DNA of 64,000 nt. Origin: Macrostomum hystrix. Its lineage: Eukaryota > Animalia > Platyhelminthes. The position numbers and the translations under genes were made by a program. The notes below the pieces were generated by a model. It worked only from the letters and a program-made list of their open reading frames with translations. It made no database searches and was not told the origin of the DNA. Below are positions 1 through 12,000 of this stretch, piece by piece (position 1 is the first letter of the stretch; every line of letters begins with the position of its first letter). Location: contig CATNEN010000010.1 of assembly GCA_950097015.1 (NCBI GenBank), positions 1,178,001 through 1,242,000 of the forward strand, given 5' to 3'.

Positions 1-639
1 GCAACCCTTCCTCACCTGGCAACCCTTCCTCATCTGGCAACCCTTCCTCACCTGGCAACCCTTCCTCACCTGGCAACACTTCCTCACCTGGCAACCCTTC
101 CTCACCTGGCAACCCTTCCTCACCTGGCAACCCTTCCTCACCTGGCAACCCTTACTCACCTGGCAACCCTTCCTCACCTGGCAACCCTTCCTCACCTGGC
201 AACCCTTCCTCACCTGGCAACCCTTCCTCACCTGGCAACCCTTCCTCACCTGGCAACCCTTCCTCACCTGGCAACCCTTCCTCACCTGGCAACACTTCCT
301 CACCTGGCAACCCTTCCTCACCTGGCAACCCTTCCTCACCTGGCAACCCTTCCTCACCTGGCAACCCTTACTCACCTGGCAACCCTTCCTCACCTGGCAA
401 CCCTTCCTCACCTGGCAACCCTTCCTCACCTGGCAACCCTTCCTCACCTGGCAACCCTTCCTCACCTGGCAACCCTTACTCACCTGGCAACCCTTCCTCA
501 CCTGGCAACCCTTCCTCACCTGGCAACCCTTCCTCACCTGGCAACCCTTCCTCACCTGGCAACCCTTCCTCACCTGGCAACCCTTCCTCACCTGGCAACC
601 CTTCCTCACCTGGCAACCCTTCCTCACCTGGCAACCCTT
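1..639. repeat. 18-bp minisatellite (CCTGGCAACCCTTCCTCA), about 35 units, intron 11
   Basis: Near-perfect tandem units; runs off the left edge. Confidence 0.97.
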
Positions 640-703
640 GCTCTGGACAGCTTTCTACGCCTTAGCAACCCTCTTAGCAGCGCTGCAGCTCGAATTCACC
701 CAC

Positions 704-941
704 CTCTGTTGCACCAGTCTCCTGTGAAGGTGGTGGCCTCGCAGTTGCAGACGAGGCGGTCCCACTGCTGCAAGCAGACGCCGCCGTAGTGGCAGACGCC
801 CTGCCAGCATTCGACTTGCGGCCTCTCGCACCCTGGCGTCAGGTCGCGCTCAAACTGCGGCCGGTTGATGCGAAGCTCCAGCACGTCGGCGGGAGGGCCT
901 TCGTCGGACTCGTCGTAGAGTCGAACCGAGCCAAGGCAGCC
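704..941 (-). CDS. NRXN1: Neurexin exon 11: end of LNS5 and EGF3
   Basis: [12 protein letters not shown]...[44 protein letters not shown]; donor G|gtgggt, phase 1; the gene continues past the left edge. Confidence 0.92.
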
Positions 942-2907
942 CTGCAAGGGGGTGGGTTTAATATCGGCTTGTAGGTAACCACATGGTTGTAGGGTTCATC
1001 CTTCACAGGGTTGCAGGGTTCTTCGTTCGCAGGGTTGTAGGGTTCTGAGTTTGCAGGGTTGAAGGGTTCTTCGTGTGCAGGGTTGTAGGGTTCTGAGTTC
1101 GCACGGTTGTAGGGCTCAGAGTTTGCAGGGTTGCAGGGTTGAAAGTTGCACAGTATTTGTGGCTATTTATCGCTGAATATTATTGTATGCCATTTACTTT
1201 TAGAAGGCTTTCAGTTTCAATGCCCTTTGTTGCTATTCAAAGACTTCTCGGCTCACCTGAAACCCGGCTGCAGACAGGACGTCACCCTTGTGGCCCTGCA
1301 GCACCTGCGGCGGTGCGCCGCCCAGCCGGAGGTTGTTGCTGTGCACATTCACGTTGAGCCCGGCGCTGCCGGCCCTCGGCGGGGCCCGAATGACAGCGGC
1401 CGGACCGGCCGGCTGGCCGTCCACGCGGAACATCAGCCGGTCCGTGGCCAGGCGGCGAATCTCCACTCTGTGCCAGGCGCCGTCGTTCAGCCGCGAAGTC
1501 GGGTTGCCGATGCGCCGCTCCAGCCTGCCGGAGCCGGCGTCCAGGGCCAGGCGGAGCTCGCCTGCCACCAGCTCCAGGAGGAAGAAGTCGGAGGAGTGCG
1601 AGCCGCCGGAGTTGTACAGCAGGAGGCCGTGCGCCTGGGGGGAATATATTTCTGTGGTTTAGGAGCTTTAGGGTTTCAGAGTTCGGGGATTTCAGGATTT
1701 CAGGATTCGGGGATTTGGGTTTCGAGTTTCGGGATTCGGGGATAGACGGTTTCAGGATTTCAGGGATAGACGGTCTCAGGATTTCAGGGATAGACGGTTT
1801 CAGAATTTCAGGGATAGGCGGTCTCAGGATTCAGGATTTGGGATTCTGGGACAGACGGTCTCAGGACATGGAGATGATGGAGATCTTGTTTTCGGGCAGC
1901 ATCATGCCTGTCTCAGCCCACCTGTCCTGTGCGGAAGTGCAGCTGCAGGCTGAAGTTGGTGTACAGCCGCAGCGGCGGCATCTCAGCGTAGGCCGTGGGG
2001 CTGCGCACGGTGAAGGGCATCAGCACCTCCACCGGCGACTCGTCGAACTGGGCCGTCACCTCCACGGTGGTTGCCGAGCTGCTGCCGTCGCCAACGTTGG
2101 CCGCGTCCAAATAGTCAACGCCATTGAAGCTGAAGTGCGACACGTGGCCGACAAAGAGGCCGGCGTCTTTGATGCTGCCGCGGCTGTTGAAGTGCTGGCC
2201 AATGGTGAGCTCCGAGGTGCCCAGCAGCTTGAATTTGCGGTCATTCAGCACGCCTGCAAGGGGGGGGGCGGGGCGGCGGGGGGGAGGAGCGGTGGAGTTA
2301 AAAACAATCGGCGGCACTTTTGAAGTTTGAAGCAGCAGCAGCGACAGTATCGGTTGGTGGCACAGCATTAAATGTAAGAATATTCTGCTTGGCAACCGTC
2401 AGTTTATCCTGGATACTTCCTTATTTGAATTTACAAAATTTCAAATTCTTTGTCAACCAACGTCACATCTAACAATTTCTTTTTTTGTATCCAAGGTAAA
2501 CACGTTGGTTGCTAAGCACGACTGTTTTGCTCCGGAATTTCTTTCCGAAGGATCTCCAAAGTTCAGGGAGATTGGTCTCGCGGTCACAGCAGAAGGTTGG
2601 TTGTTTAATTATTATGTCTATGGTAAAACCTAGTCACTATTCACTGCGGGAGGTTCTGGGCTAAAGCTAATCAGCCGTCTCATGCGCCTGAATCTGAAGG
2701 TTCGAATTTAAGCATTGGGAGATTTTGTCTGGGATAAGCCGAAATTTATGGGTTACCTTTTTCCTGATTAAAGGTCCTGTGTTTCAATATAGGCCGACAG
2801 ATAGACAGACACCCAGCACAGACAGTCAGACACCCAGCACAGACAGTCAGACACCCAGCACAGACAGGAAGCCACCCAGCGAAGACACACAGCACAGACA
2901 GACAGCC

Positions 2908-2952
<45 letters not shown>

Positions 2953-2968
2953 CCGAGCACAGACAGAA

Positions 2969-3001
<33 letters not shown>

Positions 3002-6000
3002 CCTAGCACAGACAGACAAACAGACAGACACCCAGCACAGACAGACAGACACCCAGCACAGACAGACAGACACCCAGCACAGACAGACAGACACCCAGCA
3101 CAGACAGACAGACACCCAGCACAGACAGACAGACACCCAGCACAGACAGACAGACACCCAGCACAGACAGACAGACACCCAGCACAGACAGACAGACACC
3201 CAGCACAGACAGACAGACACCCAGCACAGACAGACAGACACCCAGCACAGACAGACAGACACCCAGCACAGACAGACAGACACCCAGCACTGTCTGTCTG
3301 TCTGTGCTGTCTGTGCAGACAGACAGACAGACAGGCAGCTGCTAATCGCAATTAAATACTATTTCTTTATCTCAAAAAGCAGAGTAAATGCAAAAGCAAC
3401 ATCTAGAAAGCTGGTTCAAGCACCTGATTTGCCCGTGCTCAAACCAGGTGACAGCTAGGATTCCCATAGTGAGTTACGCAGCTCACAGAATAGCTTCAGC
3501 TACAAGTTGATTTCATATTCGGCTGCAGAGGAAATCAGAGGAACTTAAAGCAAGGCGGAACAGGCCGACCCAAAACTGGCGCATTGCTTAGCTGGCCCCG
3601 ACTATTCACATTGGCCCCAGTGTTCCAGGCCAAATAAAATTAATTTCCGCGTTCAAACCGGTGCCCTGATAGTTGTGCGCAAAAACGTTGGGTGTGTGAC
3701 TATGAAAATATAGAGATAGAATAGATAGACGGATAGAATATTACGAAAAGATAGAAAGAGAGTTTAATCAGCGGCTAATTCAGAATGACTAAAGTTAAAA
3801 CAAAGACTTTGTGCATGCACACTGATTGAAAATAAACAAAGAAAACTAATATGAGATAACAATGAAATCGGGTTTACCGTACCGACATAGATGGCATTAA
3901 TAACTAGAGTCCGGGCCAGTCCAACTGACCCTAGGCCTGAAATTCGCGGGTCAAAGTGGAGACGCGGGCGGAGATGCGGCGAAGCTGTTTTCCGGGTTTT
4001 GTTCGTTGTTTTGTTTTACTTATTCGGTGTTTTATTAGCCAGCCACCCGCTAGGCCAGTTGCAGGCGAGTGAGATTAAATAACAGTTTGAGGTTAACAGG
4101 CTGAGCACTTCTCAGCTGGTTCAGTGTGTCACTATTGACGCATGCGACTTTCCGAGTTTAAACAGTGGCAGAAATCAAATTGGCTGATTAAAAATCTATA
4201 CAAATACGCTTAGCCTTCTACTCGTGAGTAGCATATCAATCAAACTAGTAGCTAAAATAAAAGTCAGTTCAAAATCAGAGGGCAACGCGGAGAAGTTTGT
4301 TATAATAGTTTTGTGACAAAAACAAAAAACCAATTAATCAAATAAATATTTTGGTTTTCATTTTTAACTCAACAAAGGCGTAAGCGAGCATCTTAAAGTA
4401 CTTTTTTACACTGTGTGGCTAACAGGTAGAGCTGAGCATAACAAAATGAAAGGGATTAGCAATCACAAGTCTTGGGCGGTATAATTCAGATATTGCATAA
4501 TCAATTGCAATTTCAGTAAATAGCCCGGAACCGCAGAGCTCCACATGTTACCAAAGATACTTGGGCCAAATTGGGGTACGCACCATGTCTACTAACTCGA
4601 GCAGCATTGGTAGAATCCCATAGCTGTCCTCATTTCTCATTGTTGCCTATCAGTGGGGATCTATGGAAGATCTTTGCCCTGCTTTTTATATTCCTAAGAC
4701 TGGCAACTTGCAGGCTGACACCGTGATTCTTGCTCCTAAAGAAGCGATTCTTGCCTGTCAATTGGAATCGACAGTTGCTATAGGGGAAGTGGAACAGGAA
4801 TTAATAGGGCCGGGGGAATAAAGTTATCAGTTGGGCGATTAGCAATGCAAATCGCTTGGATTGGTGAATTTTTTGCAGCGAGGTGCAGCCGGCTGGTTGC
4901 CAAGGAACAAGAAACGGCGTTGTGAGAAGCCTCCTAATTGGAAGTTATTAATGGACAAAAATATTCGGACTACAGAAACTGAGCCAGGGAATCCAGCTGG
5001 CATCTCTTGATTTATCCCCAGCAGTGGGCGACTACTCACTTATGACGAATTTCGGTTCGCGATCTAGCACCAGGTCCAGGGTGGTGTCCCGCCGCCGCAC
5101 CACAATGGTGTGCCAGCGACCGTCGTCCAGGCGGGTCAAGCCGGCCGGCAGATTCTGATGAGGTTGAGAATAGATTGTTTTAGTGACTGAATGATTTATA
5201 AAAATTCTAACTGAATCCGTCTTGGAGATTTTTGGAGTGAGGTGTGTGCTGGAGTGAGGTGGGTGCTGGAGTGCGTTGGGTGCTGGAGTGAGGTGGGAAT
5301 CTAGTGAGCCGGGTGCTGGAGTGAGGTGAGTGCTGGAGTGGGGTGGGTGCTGCAGTGAGCCGGGTGCTGGAGTGAGGTGGGTGCTGGAGTGAGGTGGGTG
5401 CTGCAGTGAGCTGGGTGCTGGAGTGAGGTGGGTGCTGGAGTGGGGTGGGTACTGGAGTGAGGTGGGTGCTGCAGTGAGCTGGGTGCTGGAGTGAGGTGGG
5501 TGCTGGAGTGAGTTGGGAATCTAGTGAGCCGGGTGCTGGAGTGAGGTGGGTGCTGGAGTGGGGTGGGTACTGGAGTGAGGTGGGTGCTGCAGTGAGCCGG
5601 GTGCTGGAGTGAGCCGGGTGCTGGAGTGAGGTGGGTGCTGGAGTGGGGTGGGTACTGGAGTGAGGTGGGTGCTGCAGTGAGCTGGGTGCTGGAGTGAGCT
5701 GGGTGCTGGAGTGAGGTGGGTAATGTAGTGAGGTAGGTGCAGGAGTGAGGTGGGTGCTGGAGTAGGGTGGGTGCTGGAGTGAGGCTTCAATGTCGGTTTC
5801 AGATGCTACTTCAGTAACTTAGTGGAATTAGGTGTCAGTTCTCTTCTGTAGGTACTTAGAGTCAGAGCCTAACACAATTCGATATTCAGTCTTGCTTTTA
5901 CGAGTATAATTGTTCTTTGTCGCATGCTCGGAGGGCTGACAAGACTTTCGGGCCGGGTAGGAAGGCCGCCTGCAGCTACAGAACTTGCTAACTGGACTGG

Positions 6001-9000
6001 TAGTGGGTCGGCGGCCCTGATGGATGGAAGGCGAGCCAGCCAGACGGGCTGCAGCCGACAGCGGCACTTTGTTTGCAATTTCGGGCGTCACATTTGGGCC
6101 GCAGCAGGGCGCCCCGGCCGGAGTGAGACGGCGCGCCGCCCTCCCCCACCCCAGAAAGTTGCTGATGGACTTTTTTTCCCTTTTATCATTCCTTTAACAA
6201 AAATGTGCCAACCCGAATCCTAGATCCTCATTTTTCCTCTCGATTTCTACCGCAACTCCCCTTCGCTCACTTGGCAGGGCAGGGGGGGGGTTGGGATCTT
6301 TGAATGGCTCAGCGAGGGATTAATATGAAAGCCGCTCTTTCACCCGGCAGCCAGATCCCAGATCCCAGATCCCGCAGGGCAAGGTGGCACGCCGAACCCC
6401 TCGGCGATGGTGGATTAGCGCTGGCGGCCAGGGAAGAGAGATTTCGGGATATTAGCGATTTAAGAAGGCAGACCCGGAGGGGAAGGGGCCACGCCCCGCT
6501 AAGAAGTCAGGCAAGAAGAATGGGATGCGGCTTATCAGATCCCAGCGCGGGCGGCCTTCATGTTTGCTTGGTGGCAGGCGGCGAGGGGGTGCCAAACGAG
6601 GGCAGGGGAGAACAGGTAAGAAGAATTGCGCCGAAAGTGCTGCTGCCAAGTGGGAGCAAATTCTTTTTATTGTTCTCATCTTCAGTCCGGGCCGGGGGCC
6701 GCACCTTGACGGCCAGCCGCCCTCCCTTCAGCCCGCGTGCCAAGATCCCCTGCGGTACCGGCCTTCTAATTATTCCCAACGGGAAGGCTGAAGGGTTTTG
6801 AGTGGAGCAGCAGGCAGGAAGAAGAAGACACGGAGGGACGCGGGGAGATCAAGTGTAGGAGGCGGCACCGGGGGGTTGAGGGCTAGAAAAGTTAATTATG
6901 AGCTCTCCTAATCACTGTCCCAGCTAACAACCCCCGCTGGGGTTCCGCGTCTGCCGCAGAATAAAATCCCCTCCACCCGCCAATACACACTTTTCCTTGC
7001 GCAGCCAGAAATCTACAAAAAAAATTTCCAGAACGTTCTGCTCAGCTCGAGGAGCGGCAGGCGCGGCCTAATTGAGCAGAGTGAGAGGCAAAGGGACAGA
7101 GAGCAGAGACAGTCTCTGAAGCTGCCTTGATCCCGGCTGCCTCAGTTGGTATCGCACGCAGATGCTTCCAGTGTCCGCTGCTGTTGGCTCTCCCTCTTTC
7201 CTTAGGGGCTCAAATTCTCATATAATTTAGGAAATTCTCCGACTCAAAGTTCTCTCCTTAGAAGCCGGTTCCATCGATCGGTGGCAGCCATGCTGGGAAC
7301 CTGCGGCAGCGCCGCCAACCCGTTCCGCTGAACTTTTAAAATCTGCGGCTTGAAGCGGACAACAGCCTCTCTTGGTCTGGCCGTGGCCTCTGAACTATTA
7401 ACACCACTCCGTCCCACCCTGCCCACTTTGCCCGCCTCCTGTCAGCGGCCTGAACACTTGGCTGCCCACTCCGCCTCTCTCCAGCTTGTCACTTTCTGAC
7501 GGAGCCAGTCCCGTTTCTGACCGGAGTTTTCTCCCGCGGGTGCCACCGCTGGAGGGGCGCGGACTTTTTCTACCCAGTTACACTTTCCTGCCACCGGAAT
7601 TGTTGCTGACTGGGGCCTGCGGAAGCCAGGCTTTGTGGGAGCCATCAACAGTCAAGGGAGAGGAGAAAGAAAGGAATGAACTGGGGATAGAAGAGAGGGG
7701 AGAAGAGGGTAGAGAAGATGGGGAAGAAGATAGGGGAGCAGGAAGAGAAGAAAGGAGATACGAGGGCAGTGAACAAGAAAGACATTCTGCCAGCCATGAA
7801 GCTATAAATTGCTGTGCTCCAGAGTGACAGAAAAGAACAGGAACATTCCGATGGAGTTTATCGTCCTAAAATGCATTTGAATAGCCCATTCTCAGAACCC
7901 GATACCCGGTAGCTACTCAGCCAGCTGGCTGATACTGCACAATGGACGAGCGGCCGCTTATCACGGTCGTGATAATTGTTCTATGCACTGATTAGCTGTC
8001 TGTATGCTCGCCAGCCAAGCGCATAGGCCACTTCAGTTGCCAATCATTTGGACACTTTGGGTGCCAACTAAAAGACACAATGCTGTGTCCGTCATCAAAA
8101 ACAGCTGGATAATTCGCCTAACCAATGCATGTGGGTTCAGCAGACTGATTATGCTCAATTCTCTCATCACCTTTGCCACAACAATGCTCCCCAAACTTAG
8201 GCCCATCCGCCCCCAAACTTAGGCCCATCCGCCCCCCAAACTTAGGCCCATCCGCCCCCCAAACTTAGGCCCATACGCCCCCCAAACTTAGGCCCATACG
8301 CCCCACAAACTTTGGCCCATCCGCCCCCCAAACTTAGGCCCATCCGCCCCCCAAACTTAGGCCCATACGCCCCACAAACTTTGGCCCATCCGCCCCCCAA
8401 ACTTAGGCCCATCCGCCCCCCAAACTTAGGCCCATACGCCCCACAAACTTTGGCCCATCAGCTCCGAAACTTAGGCCCATACGCCCCCAAACATTGGCCC
8501 ATCCGCTCCCAAACTTAGGCCCATCAGCTCCCAAACTTAGGCCCATCAGCTCCCAAACTTAGGCCCATCAGCTCCCAAACTTAGGCCCATACGCCCCCAA
8601 ACTTTGGCCCATCCGCTCCCAAACTTAGGCCCATCAGCTCCCAAACTTAGGCCCATCAGCTCCCAAACTTAGGCCCATCAGCTCCCAAACTTAGGCCCAT
8701 CAGCTCCCAAACTTAGGCCCATCAGCTCCCAAACTTAGGCCCATCAGCTCCCAAACTTAGGCCCATCAGCTCCCAAACTTAGGCCCATCAGCTCCCAAAC
8801 TTAGGCCCATCAGCTCCCAAACTTAGGCCCATCAGCTCCCAAACTTAGGCCCATCAGCTCCCAAACTTAGGCCCATCAGCTCCCAAACTTAGGCCCATCA
8901 GCTCCCAAACTTAGGCCCATCAGCTCCCAAACTTAGGCCCATCCGCCCCCAAACTTAGGCCCATCAGCTCCCAAACTTAGGCATATCCGCCCCCAACCTT

Positions 9001-12000
9001 TGTCTATCAGCCCCTCATCTTGGTCCCCCCCTCATCATCCGGCCCCCACTCACCTTTTTCCCATCCGCCCCCTCACCTTGGTCTCATCCGCTCCCCTCAC
9101 CTTGGTCCATCCGCCGCCCTCACCTTTGTCTCATCCGCCCCCTCACCTTGGTCTCATCCGCTCCCCTCACCTTGGTACATCCGCCCCCTCACCTTTGTCC
9201 CGATGCCGTAGTTCACCGAGCAGGACAGCAGCCCGCGCCGCAGCACCAGCCGCATTGAGTCATTTGAGGCAGACTTCCGGTCCACCGTGGCTAGCAGGAT
9301 GCCGTCGGAGGTGTTTGTCCGAAGTCGCAGGACCAGATCCTCCGCCTGAGTCCTCAGCGGTGCGGCGAATCGAACCCGGAGCCAGCCGCTGCCGTCAAAC
9401 TTCAGCATCCGCGCTTCTGTAATTTATTTTAACCGTTTTTTATTTCGAGAGCCTTTTCGCAAAAAAAATTAACTGCTCTTTAAAAACAGACCCCATGTAC
9501 ACAGCTGTCTAAAAATAGTCCCAATTTACACAGCTTTTTAAAAATAGACCACATGCACAAAGCTGTCTCTATATCGACACAAACAAAAAATTCGCAGGCA
9601 CTTAATTATTCCGCTCGACATAGTGAACTGGAATAAATTATTTGCCTATTCAACAAGTTGTTGCAATCAGTTTCTAACTGGAGTCTTCAATTAATGAATT
9701 GACAGGTCCGCTTAATGACAGACGCTAGCAGCAGAAGCAGAAGATGGAGACTCAAAGTGAAAGTTAGGAGCCCCAATGCCAAGACTCATCAGGCGATCGG
9801 TCGGATGAAAAGTGGACATTTTTCTGCCACGATGATGAAATGGGGCAGAATCGCGAAAATGTCGGATGACGGGCAGCTAGGGAGGCGGCAGGCACTGGCA
9901 GGGCCTGACATGACCGGCGGGCCTGATTTGCATGCAAATTAAGTGCCCGCCGATTCGCCATGACATCCCAGCTAGCCGGCCAGCGCATGGCCTTGTCTTA
10001 CCAAAGTCTGGGCCGCACAGCGCAGAGGAGCCGCAGGGCACAGCTAATCTTTGGCGCCAAGTGCAGCCAATGATTGGATAAAGTTTCATGCCGAACAAAT
10101 TACCGGGCTTGATCCGCGGGATTGTTTCACTCGCGACTCTTACTCCAAAGTGTAGTGCTCGGGGACCCTCCCAGCCTCCACTGGGCGCCTCCATCTTTCC
10201 ACTTGTCCTTTCGCTATTTTCAGATAACCCCATGACTCCAGTTATCCTCATGACTCCAGTTATCCCCATGACTCCAGTTATCCCCATGACTCCAGTTATC
10301 CTCATGACTCCAGTTATCCCCATGACTCCAGTTATCCTCATGACTCCAGTTATCCCCATGACTCCAGTTATCCTCATGACTCCAGTTATCCCCATGACTC
10401 CAGTTATCCTCATGACTCCAGTTATCCTCATGACTCCAGTTATCCTCATGACTCCAGTTATCCCCATGACTCCAGTTATCCTCATGACTCCAGTTATCCT
10501 CATGACTCCAATTATCCCAATGACTCCAGTTATCCTCATGACTCCAATTATCCCAATGACTCCAGTTATCCCCATGGCTCCAGTTATCCCAATGACTCCA
10601 GTTATCCCCATGGCTCCAGTTATCCCAATGACTCCAGTTATCCCCATGGCTCCAGTTATCCCAATGACTCCAGTTATCCCCATGGCTCCAGTTATCCTCA
10701 TGACTCCAATTATCCCAATGACTCCAGTTATCCCCATGGCTCCAGTTATCCCAATGACTCCAGTTATCCCCATGGCTCCAGTTATCCCAATGACTCCAGT
10801 TATCCCCATGGCTCCAGTTATCCTCATGACTCCAGTTATCCTCATGACTCCAGTTATCCCCATGACTCCAGTTATCCCCATGGCTCCAGTTATCCTCATG
10901 ACTCTAGTTATCCTCATGACTCCAGTTATCCTCATGACTCCAGTTATCCCCATGGCTCCAGTTATCCTCATGACTCCAGTTATCCCCATGGCTCCAGCTA
11001 TCCTCATGACTCCAGTTATCCTCATGACTCGAGTTATCCTCACGACTCTAGTTATCCCCATGACTGTGATTTCCCCGTCTCTCCCTCATCTTGGCCTATC
11101 AGATGTAAATAGGTAAAATGGACGCATTAAAAAAGTGCTTCTCGATTTCCTGGGTCCCGCTTCTTTATAAATATGACAGCGGCATCGGAAACTGCCCACT
11201 CGAAAAATGCCCGCCCATCTCCGAAAGCCTCCCCGCTGTTCTGTGAGCAGGTAAGTGGTGCTTCAGCATTCCGGGGAGTGAGCACTTCAACCAGCTGAGC
11301 TCACTGAACTCCCCTTCTGAGTCTGAGAAGGCGCTGAGATGAAAAGGCCGGAACTGACCGGCCCTCCGACCTCGGTCAGCAACAGAAATTGCATATTCGA
11401 ATGCCAATCCTCTGGGACTTCTCTGGAAACACAAACTCGAGGGAGACAACTCCAGAGCGCGGATTTGCCTGGCAAGATTTTCGCCTCCGCGCTCCGCGCT
11501 CTGCCGGCCCCAGACTCCGGCTCCGGACGGTTTAATCCACTTTGGAGCATTGGACCAATTTGCCAGCCTGCCGTGACTCAGCTCCTGCTCGTTCCACAAC
11601 AGCGCCTCATCATGGGCCAGGTTACCTGTGTCCTTGGCCTGCCAAGCCTTGGCCTTGTGAGGAATAAAATAGATATCGAACATGACAGATAGACGCGGGG
11701 ATACTCAAATTATCAAACTGGCAGGAAATAAACGACTCAAGCTGCATCAAGAGAGCCTTCCTTCCCAATATCCCAGTGTCTCTCTTCTCAAAATCCTCTT
11801 TTTAGCAGCTCAAAGCCTCAAAGCCAGCATCTCAACTCGCTGGGCCCGGGGCCCGGGGCTATTCAGCAGAAATTAATCAGCTCCCAGAGACAAGAGTGAG
11901 TACATTCCTGTGAGCAGCCAAGCTGGGTGTCCTCTTATCTATGGTCAGCGGACAGTCAACAGCGGGCCGCCGTGGACTGATCGGCCTTGAAGGACTTTGC

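Noticed and set aside
152-364. Collagen-like (GEEGLP)n ORF
   Set aside because: It is a translation of the 18-bp intronic satellite. There is no acceptor or start context, and the exon 11 frame stops at 696-698.
11165-11256. Plus-strand TATA-like motif, ATG and CAG|GTAAGT donor
   Set aside because: No downstream plus-strand exon or recognisable protein; such motifs occur by chance.
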